DNA of 32,000 bases from Mycobacterium leprae TN (GCF_000195855.1 NC_002677.1:2070001-2102000), one strand, 5' to 3'; counted from the first letter of the stretch, positions 9,775-21,599 are shown. A program made the numbers and translations. Notes: generated from the sequence alone by a model not told the origin.

Positions 9775-10758
9775 TCAGGAAGGTTTAACCCCGGTGATAA
9801 TAATGTTGTAAAACCAGCTCTTCGGTATGACCCGCCGCCACACGTTGGCATCTACCCAGCTCAAGGTCTTCCAGCTGGTGAATGCGAAACGTGCCCAGCC
9901 CCAGCCAAGTTTGCTCGGCGGCATCGTCGACTCGAAGGTGCGCAGCGGCCAGCCCAGCATCGCGGCAGTGAACTCCTCGGTGACGGTCTTCACCTGCACA
10001 GCGCCGGCGTTGGTCGCCATTGTCTCCAAAACTTTCGGTTCGAAAGTGTGCAAGTCGACCACCCACTCCAAAGCCGCCGCACGCGAGTTCTCGTCGATCT
10101 CGACCTGCGTACGACGCCAGGCACTCAACCCAGGCAACTGCACCACGCGGATGGTAACCTTCCACGTTAAGTCCGCAAAGACACGGGCGTATCGGTTTCC
10201 AACGTCGGTGGGCTCGCCCGCGAACACAAATCGGCCGCCCGGCTTCAGCACCCGCAGCACCTCACGCAGCGACAATTCGACGTCGGGAATGTGGTGCAGC
10301 ACCGCGTGCCCCACCACCAGGTCGAAGGTGTTGTCGTCGTACGGGATGCCCTCGGCGTCAGCGACCCGACCATTGATGTCCAGTCCAAGCGACTGACCGT
10401 TGCGAGTGGCGATCTTGACCATGCCGGGTGAGAGGTCGGTGACCGATCCACGCCGGGCGACGCCGGACTGGATCAGGTTCAGCAGGAAGAAACCGGTGCC
10501 GCAACCCAGTTCCAAGGCACAGTCGTAGGGCAGTTCGGTGAATAGCTCATCAGGCACGATGGCATCGAAGCAGTGCCGCACGTAGTCTACGCAGCGTTGG
10601 TCGTAAGAGATCGACCACTTCTCGTCGTAGTTTTCAGCTTCCCAATCGTGGTAGAGCACCTGGGCGAGTTTGCTATCCTTCCGGGCTGCAGCTACTTGCT
10701 CCGCAGTAGCATGCGGATTGGGCACAGCATTTGCAGAGATTTCCGTACTCCTCGTCAT
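9775..10758 (-). CDS. Class I SAM-dependent methyltransferase, Rv3038c-like
   Basis: Intact 327-aa ORF. It has motif I LELGCGTGFF and post-I/II motifs (DLSPGMV; FDLVVGHAVLHHIPD; LKPGGRFVF). Its position is syntenic. Confidence 0.85.
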   Translation of the reverse strand: MTRSTEISANAVPNPHATAEQVAAARKDSKLAQVLYHDWEAENYDEKWSISYDQRCVDYVRHCFDAIVPDELFTELPYDCALELGCGTGFFLLNLIQSGVARRGSVTDLSPGMVKIATRNGQSLGLDINGRVADAEGIPYDDNTFDLVVGHAVLHHIPDVELSLREVLRVLKPGGRFVFAGEPTDVGNRYARVFADLTWKVTIRVVQLPGLSAWRRTQVEIDENSRAAALEWVVDLHTFEPKVLETMATNAGAVQVKTVTEEFTAAMLGWPLRTFESTMPPSKLGWGWARFAFTSWKTLSWVDANVWRRVIPKSWFYNIIITGVKPS

Positions 10759-10790
10759 GAAGGGCAGCCTAACGAGCCGCCCGGATCACC

Positions 10791-11549
10791 CTAGTCGCAG
10801 CCGCCTAGCAACAAAGAGGGCTGAGCAGCGGCGAACACCTCGACATAACGGCGACGTTCGGCAGCGATCCGTTCAGCCGGTTCCAGATCGAAGACCTCGT
10901 TGATGCCAGCTTTGGCAGCGGCCAGCGCATGCGGCAGGCCGTCGAGGAAGCGGCGCGCCCAAGCTGCGGCGATGTCATACACGTCGTCGGGAGCCACCAT
11001 GTCGTCGATCAGGCCCAACGCCAAGGCCTCCGCCGCATCAAAGAAGCGCCCGCTGAACACCAGGTCCTTGGCCCTGCTCACGCCGGCTACGCGAGTCAGT
11101 CGGGCCAATCCATCACCATCCGGGACCAGGTCGGCCAGGATCTCGGTAGCGCCGAACTTCACGTTGTCGCCGCTGACCCGCCAATCGGCAGCCAGGGCCA
11201 ACGTCAGGCCCGCTCCCAGCGCGTATCCGGTAATCGCGGCCACGGTCGGCTTCGGGATCGTCGCTACGGCGTCAACAGCCTGACGGCGGACCTCAGCAGC
11301 GACGCCAGCCTCCACCGCGGTCAGAGTCCGCAGCTCTTGCATGTCGTCGCCGGCGGAGAAAATATCGTGGCCGCCAAACAATATAACCGCAGCAACGTCG
11401 TCGCGACGTCCAAGTTCGTCGGCGGCCATCGCTATTTCCCTGTAAAACTGGCGTGTCATCGCGTTGGTGGGCGGTCGCGAGAGGAGCAATATGGCCAGGC
11501 CAGCATCCTGCGAGCCGTCGCTAACCACAATATTGACGAATTCGCTCAT
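10791..11549 (-). CDS. echA17: Enoyl-CoA hydratase/isomerase (crotonase) family protein
   Basis: Intact 252-aa ORF. Crotonase signatures are present ([15 protein letters not shown]; [22 protein letters not shown]). The gene symbol is assigned by synteny with Rv3039c, from memory. Confidence 0.8.
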   Translation of the reverse strand: MSEFVNIVVSDGSQDAGLAILLLSRPPTNAMTRQFYREIAMAADELGRRDDVAAVILFGGHDIFSAGDDMQELRTLTAVEAGVAAEVRRQAVDAVATIPKPTVAAITGYALGAGLTLALAADWRVSGDNVKFGATEILADLVPDGDGLARLTRVAGVSRAKDLVFSGRFFDAAEALALGLIDDMVAPDDVYDIAAAWARRFLDGLPHALAAAKAGINEVFDLEPAERIAAERRRYVEVFAAAQPSLLLGGCD

Positions 11550-12424
11550 GACGAGCGCATAAGTCGATGGTGTTTACCGGCTGTGCCCGGCTTCGCCGCG
11601 CTTGCGCTCACCACTACGGCTACCGCGACGATCCACCGGAAATCCGCGCCTGGCTGTAACGATCGTAGTCGAAAAACTCGATCTCCCAGTTGTCGTCCCG
11701 CTTCACCAGATGTGGCCGCAACGAAAACAACCTGACGTTCGACGGCCAGCACATCAGCTACGGTGTGGCCTATCAGCGCACCCAGCTGTGTCCAGTTCGG
11801 GGGAAGCAGGAAGTTACGGTTGGCGGCGAAGTCATCGGCCACCGCCTGAAACGTCCGATCGGATTCGATGTTCTCCCCGTGGGGGCGCTGCCCTTCCGGC
11901 AACACCCCCACAAAGAAGAAGTAGGTGTCGTAGCGGCGGGTCGGCTCGGCCTCTGGGGTAACCCAATTGACCCACGGCCGAAGCAGGTCGGATCGCAGTA
12001 CTAGATTTTCGCGGTGCAGGAAGTCTGCGAACGACAGTGTCCGGTCGGCCAGTGCTCGGCGCCCCTCGCCGTACACCGAAGCGTCTGTAACAATGCCGCC
12101 CAGTGACGAAAGCGACCGGCCGACCGGCCCAGCGAACAGCACCCCCGTCTCCTCGAACGTCTCGCGAGCGGTAGCGCAGACCAGCGCCTCGACCAGATCG
12201 GCTGTAACGCCGAACCGTTGCGCCCACCACGCCAGCAACGGCCCAGCCCACGCGATGTAGACGTTGCGATCGCGATCGTCGACACCACCACCGGAAAACA
12301 CCATAGCCCGGGCGACCAACTCCATCGCTGCGTGCCGGCGCATCAAAAAGACGATCAAGCCCTCTGGACTATCTGGAATCTCCCGAATCAGCATCACGGT
12401 CTCCGCCGGTCGCGGTGACGTCAT
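11546..12424 (-). CDS. Nudix-family hydrolase-like protein (Rv3040c-like); C-terminal ~60 codons probably in a shifted frame
   Basis: A 292-aa ORF is open, with a Nudix-box-like [14 protein letters not shown]. It overlaps the ABC gene (12421..12424) and echA17 (11546..11549) by 4 nt each. The segment [27 protein letters not shown] has only 7 of 27 codons ending in G/C. An alternative frame across the same nucleotides has 19 of 24 (see findings). Confidence 0.6.
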   Translation of the reverse strand: MTSPRPAETVMLIREIPDSPEGLIVFLMRRHAAMELVARAMVFSGGGVDDRDRNVYIAWAGPLLAWWAQRFGVTADLVEALVCATARETFEETGVLFAGPVGRSLSSLGGIVTDASVYGEGRRALADRTLSFADFLHRENLVLRSDLLRPWVNWVTPEAEPTRRYDTYFFFVGVLPEGQRPHGENIESDRTFQAVADDFAANRNFLLPPNWTQLGALIGHTVADVLAVERQVVFVAATSGEAGRQLGDRVFRLRSLQPGADFRWIVAVAVVVSASAAKPGTAGKHHRLMRSS

Positions 12425-13338
12425 AACTGCCTCCGGTGAGCTGCTCGGGCGCGGACTCTGCGAGCGAAATAGCGCCCGTCGATAACATCCAGAGCGATCG
12501 ACTGACCGAACGCGGTGGACAGATTTTCTGCTGTCAGCACGTCGGACAGCAAACCCGCGGCGACGACCTTGGCCTCCGACAGCAGCAGACAGTGGCTAAA
12601 GCCAGGTGGAACCTCCTCCACGTGGTGGGTAACGAGCACTAGCGCCGGAGCATACGCGTCGGCGGCCAGATCAGCCAGCCGGGAGACCAACTCCTCGCGA
12701 GCACCCAAGTCGAGACTGGCGGCAGGTTCATCGAGCAGCAGTAGCTCCGGATCAGTCATCAATGCCCGGGCGATCAGCACCCGCTTGCGCTCACCTTCAG
12801 ACAGCGTACCGAAGGTGCGGTCGGCGAGGTGTTCGGCACCCATACTCTCCAGCATGTCGACCGCTCGCTGGTAGTCGACACCTTCGTACCGTTCGCGCCA
12901 GCGTCCCAGCACCGCATAGCCCGCCGACACCACGAGATCGCGCACCACTTCATTGCTAGGCACCCGCTGCGTCAGAACCGACGAACTCAGGCCAATGCGC
13001 GCACGCAACTCGGAGATGTCTATGCGCCCCAACCGCTCACCGAGCACATAGGCAACGCCCGTCGACGGGTGGTCGGCCGCTGCAGCAATGCGCAACAGCG
13101 ACGTCTTGCCGGCCCCATTGGGGCCGATAATCACCCAGCGTTCGTCGAGTTCCACTGCCCAATCCAGCGGCCCAACCAGGACACGCCCTTCGCAGCGCAG
13201 GGATACGTCCTTAAAGTCGATCAGCAGATCGGGATCGGCTGCGTCGCTGCCAGTTTCAGGGCCAAGTTGGGACACTCGGACATCGTGCCGTACCGCGATG
13301 CTGCGACGGTTGCCGGGTAGCCTCGACCAAGTCGCCAC
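12421..13338 (-). CDS. ABC transporter ATP-binding protein (single NBD), Rv3041c-like
   Basis: Intact 305-aa ORF; the start may be internal. It has Walker A GPNGAGKTS, signature LSEGERKR, Walker B LLLLDEP and an H-loop VTHH. No permease gene is adjacent. Confidence 0.9.
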   Translation of the reverse strand: MATWSRLPGNRRSIAVRHDVRVSQLGPETGSDAADPDLLIDFKDVSLRCEGRVLVGPLDWAVELDERWVIIGPNGAGKTSLLRIAAAADHPSTGVAYVLGERLGRIDISELRARIGLSSSVLTQRVPSNEVVRDLVVSAGYAVLGRWRERYEGVDYQRAVDMLESMGAEHLADRTFGTLSEGERKRVLIARALMTDPELLLLDEPAASLDLGAREELVSRLADLAADAYAPALVLVTHHVEEVPPGFSHCLLLSEAKVVAAGLLSDVLTAENLSTAFGQSIALDVIDGRYFARRVRARAAHRRQL

Positions 13339-13347
13339 GGGAAGCGG

Positions 13348-14622
<1,275 letters not shown>

Positions 14623-16368
14623 TCAGTGTAAACTCACCTCAACGAGCTCCTCGGCGTGACGGCGCCCAACGTATGCCTCGTCGCGCAATCGTTCCACCAT
14701 GTGCGGGTAGTGCAGCTCAAACGCCGGACGCTCCGAACGAATCCGGGGCAGCTCAGTGAAGTTATGCCGCGGCGGCGGACAACTGGTCGCCCATTCCAGG
14801 GAGTTGCCGTATCCCCACGGGTCGTCCACGGTCACCACCTCGCCGTAGCGCCAACTCTTAAATACGTTCCACACAAACGGAAACATCGACGCACCCAGGA
14901 TGAAGGACCCGATAGTCGAGACAACATTCAAACCCTGGAAGCCGTCGGTGGGCAGATAGTCGGCGTAGCGTCGAGGCATGCCCATGTCACCCAACCAGTG
15001 CTGCACCAAGAACGTGGTATGGAAACCGATGAACGTCAGCCAGAAGTGCAGCTTGCCCAGCTGCTCGTCAAGCAGCCGACCGGTCATCTTGGGGAACCAG
15101 AAGTAGATACCGGCAAACGTGGAGAACACGATAGTGCCGAACAGCACGTAATGGAAATGCGCTACGACGAAATAGCTGTCAGTCACATGAAAATCCAGCG
15201 GCGGGCTGGCTAGCAACACGCCAGTCAAACCACCCAACAAGAAAGTGACCGCGAAGCCGACCGAAAACAACATCGGCGTCTCAAAAGTCAACTGGCCCTT
15301 CCACATTGTGCCGACCCAGTTAAAGAATTTGATCCCGGTCGGCACCGCGATCAAATACGTCATAAACGAAAAGAACGGCAGCAGAACAGCACCGGTGGCG
15401 AACATGTGGTGCGCCCACACCGCGACCGATAACGCAGCGATAGACAACGTCGCGTAAACCAGCGTGGTGTAGCCGAAGATGGGCTTGCGGGAAAAGACCG
15501 GGAAGATCTCTGAGACGATCCCGAAGAACGGCAGCGCGATGATGTAAACTTCGGGGTGGCCGAAGAACCAGAACAGGTGCTGCCACAACAGCACTCCGCC
15601 GTTGGCCGCGTCGTAGATGTGAGCTCCCAGATGCCGGTCGGCGGCCAACCCAAAAAGCGCAGCAGTGAGCAGGGGGAACGCAATCAGCACCAGGATCGAT
15701 GTCACCAAGATATTCCAGGTGAAGATCGGCATCCGGAACATCGTCATCCCGGGCGCGCGCAGGCAGACCACGGTGGTGATCATGTTAACCGCACCCAAGA
15801 TGGTGCCCAAACCGGCGACAATCAAACCCATAATCCACAGGTCGCCGCCGACACCGGGAGAGTGGATGGCGTCGGTCAACGGCGTATAGGCGGTCCAGCC
15901 GAAGTCGGCGGCCCCACCTGGTGTGATGAAACCGGCCATCCCGATGGCGGCGCCGAACAAGAACAACCAGAACGAAAAGGCATTCAGCCGTGGGAATGCC
16001 ACGTCGGGTGCACCGATTTGCAGCGGCAGCACCAGGTTGGCAAAGCCAAACACTATAGGGGTGGCATAGAAAAGCAACATGATCGTGCCGTGCATGGTGA
16101 ACAGCTGGTTGAACTGTTCATTGGACAAGAACTGCAAGCCAGGTGCGGCCAACTCGGTACGCATCAGCAACGCCAGCAAGCCGCCCACAAAGAAGAAGAT
16201 GAAGCAGGCAACACAGTACATGATACCGATCATCTTGTGATCGGTAGTGGTGATCAGCTTATATACGAGGTTCCCTTTGGGACCAGTGCGGGCCGGGTAT
16301 GGACGGATGGCCTTGAGTTCTCCCGACGAGAGCGCTTCGGCTGTCAACAGCTCCTCCAAAACATCCAT
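14623..16368 (-). CDS. ctaD: Cytochrome c oxidase (aa3) subunit I
   Basis: 581-aa polytopic ORF with heme-copper oxidase signatures ([10 protein letters not shown]; HHMF; VAHFHYV). The start may be the TTG at 16345..16347 rather than the ATG at 16368. Confidence 0.97.
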   Translation of the reverse strand: MDVLEELLTAEALSSGELKAIRPYPARTGPKGNLVYKLITTTDHKMIGIMYCVACFIFFFVGGLLALLMRTELAAPGLQFLSNEQFNQLFTMHGTIMLLFYATPIVFGFANLVLPLQIGAPDVAFPRLNAFSFWLFLFGAAIGMAGFITPGGAADFGWTAYTPLTDAIHSPGVGGDLWIMGLIVAGLGTILGAVNMITTVVCLRAPGMTMFRMPIFTWNILVTSILVLIAFPLLTAALFGLAADRHLGAHIYDAANGGVLLWQHLFWFFGHPEVYIIALPFFGIVSEIFPVFSRKPIFGYTTLVYATLSIAALSVAVWAHHMFATGAVLLPFFSFMTYLIAVPTGIKFFNWVGTMWKGQLTFETPMLFSVGFAVTFLLGGLTGVLLASPPLDFHVTDSYFVVAHFHYVLFGTIVFSTFAGIYFWFPKMTGRLLDEQLGKLHFWLTFIGFHTTFLVQHWLGDMGMPRRYADYLPTDGFQGLNVVSTIGSFILGASMFPFVWNVFKSWRYGEVVTVDDPWGYGNSLEWATSCPPPRHNFTELPRIRSERPAFELHYPHMVERLRDEAYVGRRHAEELVEVSLH

Positions 16369-16397
16369 TCCGGACAGGGGCGCACACTACGCATTGC

Positions 16398-16412
16398 ATT
16401 ACAGACTGTAAT
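16398..16412. promoter_or_regulatory. Perfect 7-1-7 palindrome attacag-a-ctgtaat in the ctaD/fecB divergent intergenic region
   Basis: Read directly from the sequence. It lies about 30 bp upstream of the ctaD ATG and about 70 bp upstream of the longest fecB ORF start. The function is not known. Confidence 0.3.
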
Positions 16413-16480
16413 TTTAGCCCCCGAACAGGTGGGCGGTAGATCTGATCCGACAAAACTGTCGTATATGCCTCACCGAGTCG

Positions 16481-17656
16481 GTGCGGCACGCAGCGTCACC
16501 GGAACCGCGCTGGCCGGATGTTACGGTCGAACGCGTGCTATCCGTCGCAATACAACACCTATTGCTACCCACCAGGGCCATCGTCACAGTAGCGGCGGCG
16601 GTAATAGCAGTGGGTAGCGGTTGCGGGTCGGGACAGCCCGGAAGCAAACCATCGTCACCCACCCGGTCGCTGCTCACCCCCACCACCCAAATCGCGGGAG
16701 CCACTGTGATCGGAAATGAGCGCCGGCCGGACCAAGCCTGCGCACCAGAGCCAGCGACGGTTGATCCGGGGCCGCCGACACGGCCGGCCCACAACGTCGC
16801 GGGAGTCAAACCAGATGTGGTCCAGGTGCCAGCTGAAGCACAGCGCATCGTGGTGCTGGCCGGTGACCAGCTCGATGCGCTGTGCGCGCTTGGCTTGCAA
16901 TACCGAGTCGCCGCCGCCGCATTGCCGAACGACTCCGTAAGCCAGCCCTCCTACCTGGGCAAAACCGTGCATGGCCTGCCCGGCGTCGGTACCCGCAGGG
17001 CCCCGGACCTGAGCGCTATTGCGGCTACTCAACCAGATCTGATTCTGGGCTCTCAAGAGTTGACGCCGCAATTATATCCGCAGCTAACGGCGATCGCCCC
17101 GACGGTGTTCACAGCAGCAGCACCGGGCGCAACGTGGGAAGACAACCTTCGTGGTGTCGGCGCTGCCACGGCGCGCAACGATGCCGTAGAAACACTGATC
17201 AACGGCTTCTCCCAACGGGCCACCCAGATCGGGGCCACTCATGACGCAACCCACTACCAAGTGTCCATCGTCCAGCTGACCACCAACACTATGCGGGTTT
17301 ACGGATCCAATAATTTCCCGGCCCGCGTGCTAACCGCGGTCGGAGTGGACCGGCCCACGTCACAGCGATTCACCGACCAGGCTTATATTCAGAGCGGGAT
17401 CACCGATGCTGATCTCGCGAAGGAGCCGGATTTCTCCGCGGTTGACGCCGACATCATCTACGTATCGTGCACCTCACCGGCAGTCGCAAAGCGCGCCGCC
17501 ACCGTGCTCGACAGCGGCCCGTGGCGCAAGCTGTCCGCCAATCATGACAACCGTATCTTCATCGTCAACGATGAAGTGTGGCAGACCGGTGAGGGCTTGA
17601 TCGCGGCCCGCGGCATCGTCGATGACCTGAGGTGGATCAACGCACCAATCAATTAA
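16481..17656 (+). CDS. fecB: Periplasmic iron(III)-siderophore/dicitrate-binding lipoprotein (ABC substrate-binding protein)
   Basis: 391-aa ORF. It has a lipobox-like VIAVGSGC after a hydrophobic stretch. The real start is probably internal (GTG 16535 or TTG 16562). The periplasmic-binding-protein fold pattern (VVLAGDQLDALCALGL ... DLILGS) and synteny with Rv3044 support the call. Confidence 0.75.
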   Translation: MRHAASPEPRWPDVTVERVLSVAIQHLLLPTRAIVTVAAAVIAVGSGCGSGQPGSKPSSPTRSLLTPTTQIAGATVIGNERRPDQACAPEPATVDPGPPTRPAHNVAGVKPDVVQVPAEAQRIVVLAGDQLDALCALGLQYRVAAAALPNDSVSQPSYLGKTVHGLPGVGTRRAPDLSAIAATQPDLILGSQELTPQLYPQLTAIAPTVFTAAAPGATWEDNLRGVGAATARNDAVETLINGFSQRATQIGATHDATHYQVSIVQLTTNTMRVYGSNNFPARVLTAVGVDRPTSQRFTDQAYIQSGITDADLAKEPDFSAVDADIIYVSCTSPAVAKRAATVLDSGPWRKLSANHDNRIFIVNDEVWQTGEGLIAARGIVDDLRWINAPIN

Positions 17657-17963
17657 CATTGTAAGCCTGAAGTTCGTTGAATATTCACAGTGAATAAGAT
17701 CACAGCGACATTCTTCAGGGCATGTCACCGCAGCTTTGTCAATGTCGCGGTAGTCACCGGTGGCGGCTTTCAACAAATTAATAAAACGAACTTCAGATGC
17801 AAGGAGCTAGTGATGAGCGCAAGCGCGGTAAAGCCGGGCTAGCGAGTCACCACCATCGACCTAATTACTTACCCCGATTGAGGGGGCAGAGATAAGCTTT
17901 CGGTATTCACAGCTAATGAAGTCACACGTGTCAAAACACAGAAGAAAGAGAAGATTAGGTGCC

Positions 17964-19004
17964 ATGACTACCGTCTCCGCTTACGCCGCCACGTCGGCGA
18001 CCGAACCGCTAACCAAGGTCACCATCAACCGCCGCGCCCCGGGTCCGCACGACGTAGCAATCCAGATCAAGTTCGCCGGTATCTGCCACTCCGATATCCA
18101 CACCGTAAAAGCTGAGTGGGGCCAACCGAATTACCCTGTGGTACCAGGCCATGAGATCGCTGGCGTGGTGACCGCGGTGGGCACTGAGGTCACCAAGCAC
18201 AAGGTGGGCGACCGCGTCGGCGTGGGCTGCATGGTGGGCTCTTGCGGTGAATGCAGCAGCTGCCTAGCTGGCATCGAGCAGTACTGTAAACGGGGCGCGA
18301 CCTTTACCTACAACTCGATCGGCACAGACGGCCAGTCAACACAAGGCGGCTACAGCCAGGCAATCGTCGTCGACGAGAACTTTGTCGTACACATACCCGA
18401 TGCGCTACCGCTGGACGCCGCCGCACCGCTGCTGTGCGCGGGCATCACGCTCTACTCACCGCTTAGGCATTGGAATGCTAAGCCGGGCACGCGGCTCGCA
18501 ATCATCGGTTTGGGCGGTCTCGGGCACATGGGTGTCAAGCTGGGCAGAAAGATGGGCTGTGAAGTGACGGTGCTGTCCCAGTCGCTGAAGAAGATGGAGG
18601 ACGGACTGCAGCTGGGCGCCAGCAACTATTACGCAACTGCCGATCCCGACACCTTCCGCAAACTACGTGGCAGTTTCGACCTGATTTTGAACACCGTCTC
18701 GGCGAATCTGGATCTCGGCAAATACCTGAACCTGCTTGATGTCAACGGGACGCTCGTCGAGCTGGGCATTCCCGAGCACCCGATGTTGGTGCCGGCATTC
18801 GCGCTGGCACTCATGCGGCGCAGCCTAGCTGGGTCGAACATCGGCGGGATCACCGAAACCCAGGAGATGATGAATTTCAGTGCTGAACATAGTGTTACAC
18901 CGGAAATAGAGCTCATCGAACCGGACTACATCAACGAAGCCTATGAACGAGTGCTGGCAAGCGACGTGCGGTACCGCTTCGTCATAAACATATCAAGTTT
19001 GTAA
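17964..19004 (+). CDS. adhC: NADP-dependent zinc alcohol dehydrogenase (cinnamyl-ADH type)
   Basis: The ORF is open from 17916, but the homologous N-terminus starts at MTTVSAYAA (ATG 17964). It has Zn-ADH motifs (CHSDIH; GHEIAGVV; [10 protein letters not shown]) and a nucleotide-binding GLGGLGHMG. Confidence 0.85.
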   Translation: MTTVSAYAATSATEPLTKVTINRRAPGPHDVAIQIKFAGICHSDIHTVKAEWGQPNYPVVPGHEIAGVVTAVGTEVTKHKVGDRVGVGCMVGSCGECSSCLAGIEQYCKRGATFTYNSIGTDGQSTQGGYSQAIVVDENFVVHIPDALPLDAAAPLLCAGITLYSPLRHWNAKPGTRLAIIGLGGLGHMGVKLGRKMGCEVTVLSQSLKKMEDGLQLGASNYYATADPDTFRKLRGSFDLILNTVSANLDLGKYLNLLDVNGTLVELGIPEHPMLVPAFALALMRRSLAGSNIGGITETQEMMNFSAEHSVTPEIELIEPDYINEAYERVLASDVRYRFVINISSL

Positions 19005-19238
19005 GGCTGTGACGTCGGCGCGGATTCGCCATGAACTGACTTCAGTCAGCATGGACGAATCCTGAGATGCCAGCCAACGGCTAGCCAGAGACGAAGACAT
19101 ATCAACAACTGCGGGTAGATCTGTAGGCACAAGCCGTGACTCAACATAACACCCGGTTGGCCAACTGTCGGTAATGCAAGCGCTTTTCCTTGGAACCATC
19201 AACGGCTACAACAAAGTTATAAATTATAAAGTTATAAG

Positions 19239-19625
19239 TTATATTGTCCGAGCTTTTCCAGCGGGAGCACTGGAACGTTTATTCCTAATGAATCTACAGT
19301 GTTTGGCTTGTCCCAACCACGAGTTGTGGCGGCCGACCAACCTAAAATTTGAGGTCGACACAGAACGGTTCAACGGGTGTCTGAACTGGTGAGACATTTC
19401 GACAGGCTGTCCGTCAGCGTGCTCCAGGGTGACATGTACGGAATATGCTTGGTTCATGGCAGTCCACAGGACTTCAAATACCAAGACTTTAGAGGATACC
19501 TGCCAGGATCCGGGTTGGTACGGCTGAATAACCGCTTGGTCTATGCCTCCTCCCGAGAACAAACAGCATGTTGTTCACGGCTTCGGCATGATTCCACAAG
19601 AGCCCGGTTACTTCCATCGCTAGCT
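19239..19625 (-). pseudogene. Small conserved hypothetical protein (possibly Rv3046c-like), frameshifted
   Basis: The minus strand reads ATG..MEVTGLLWNHAEAVNNMLFVLG in one frame, which then runs into a stop. It continues as GGGIDQAVIQPYQPGSWQVSSKVLVFEVLWTAMNQAYSVHVTLEHADGQPVE in ORF 19239..19562. Together they resemble a known small actinobacterial family. Confidence 0.4.
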
Positions 19626-19706
19626 CACCTAATATAAAGACGAATGTCACTTATTGCGGTCATACCGCATCAAAACCAGCGGTATGACCGTCAGGAATGG
19701 TGGTGA

Positions 19707-19955
19707 AATCGCCTAGTTGACGCCGAAATTCTTGAAATCAATGAGGCAACAAGGAGCATGTCACTGCCCATGGGGATGTCGGTCGTCAAATTCTACCAAG
19801 TATTTGAGAACCGTCCCCGCTGGGTAGCAAATAAGAAAGACCGAACTGCCACGTATTTGATGGTAGAGTGTATAAACGGACATCGGTCGATTGTTGCCGC
19901 AGTAATTTACAACGAGACTCGCCACGTAGTTCGTCCTATTACATCTCGCAAGTAG
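19707..19955 (+). pseudogene. Possible BrnT/DUF497-like toxin remnant (no usable start at the N-terminus)
   Basis: The open frame from 19707 reads NRLVDAEILEINEATRS...FYQVFENRP...RTATYLMVECINGHRSIVAAVIYNETRHVVRPITSRK(stop). Its spacing resembles the BrnT pattern WD..K...N..KHG ... VF.D ... ER...G...G..l.VV.t......IsaR. Key residues are substituted and the 5' end lacks a start codon. Confidence 0.3.
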
Positions 19956-20004
19956 CGAAGGCTATGAGATTAAGTAAAGGGGCTCTGGAGGGGAGAGGAT
20001 GATA

Positions 20005-20450
20005 TGACCGACAACCACAAACATCGCAAGAATGACGCTCAACTCGCAGATAAGCTTGAGAAAGCAGTGATGGCCCGACGCGGAGTGGGGAGAACCGATT
20101 GACGAAGGTGGACCAAAGCGGCCTGAACAGAGGCAACGTGCGGCAATGGTCAGCATTCGTCTCATAGCCGAACAGTTGAGCGTTGTTCAGGAAGCAGCGA
20201 CGACCATGGTCTCAGTGTGAGCCGGTACTTGTGCAACAACTCTCTGCACTCTCAGAGCTCGATGGACCTGCTCCCCTTGGGACTGCTTGTCGCCAATGGT
20301 AATTCGGCAAACAGACCAACACCCTCAGGCACGCTGACTGACCCAATCGATGTGGCCCTACCACGACCTATCCTTGGCCGAGCGTCTATCTCAAATAGAC
20401 AGATGCCCCGGAAACCTCTTAGGAGATCCACTATGTCCGTCAAGCGGTGA
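20005..20450 (+). pseudogene. Ribbon-helix-helix (CopG-like) antitoxin-type protein, frameshifted
   Basis: ATG 20005 gives MTDNHKHRKNDAQLADKLEKAVMARRGVGRTD(stop). The next frame reads PKRPEQRQRAAMVSIRLIAEQLSVVQEAATTM and the third GLSVSRYLCNNSL. Joined, they read as a typical RHH motif (vSiRL..eql..v..aA...GlSvS.YL). The remnant lies directly downstream of the toxin-like remnant. Confidence 0.35.
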
Positions 20451-20612
20451 CCGGATCAATCCGCGATGCGCTACTTCGCCTCCGGCACAGCTCACCCAGC
20501 GGGCAAGCGCGTATCGCCACAAATGGATGGCTTCGGAACCGAAGACTAACCGATCAGGAGTTTGCTGGATCAGGCGAGTAGACCTGAAGGTAAAGCAGCT
20601 GAACTGCGACCT

Positions 20613-21599
<987 letters not shown>

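Noticed and set aside
9827-10396. 189-aa + strand ORF
   Set aside because: It is antisense to the intact SAM-methyltransferase gene and has no motifs.
10929-11735. 268-aa + strand ORF
   Set aside because: It is antisense to echA17 and the Nudix gene, with low-complexity R/S/A/G-rich composition. It is a shadow ORF.
15556-16617. 353-aa + strand ORF
   Set aside because: It lies antisense to ctaD. It is arginine/glycine/histidine-rich with no family resemblance. This is a typical shadow ORF opposite a strongly supported gene in GC-rich DNA.
17916-17963. 16-codon N-terminal extension of adhC ([16 protein letters not shown])
   Set aside because: It is highly basic and not part of Zn-ADH homologues. 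The family N-terminus begins at the ATG at 17964.
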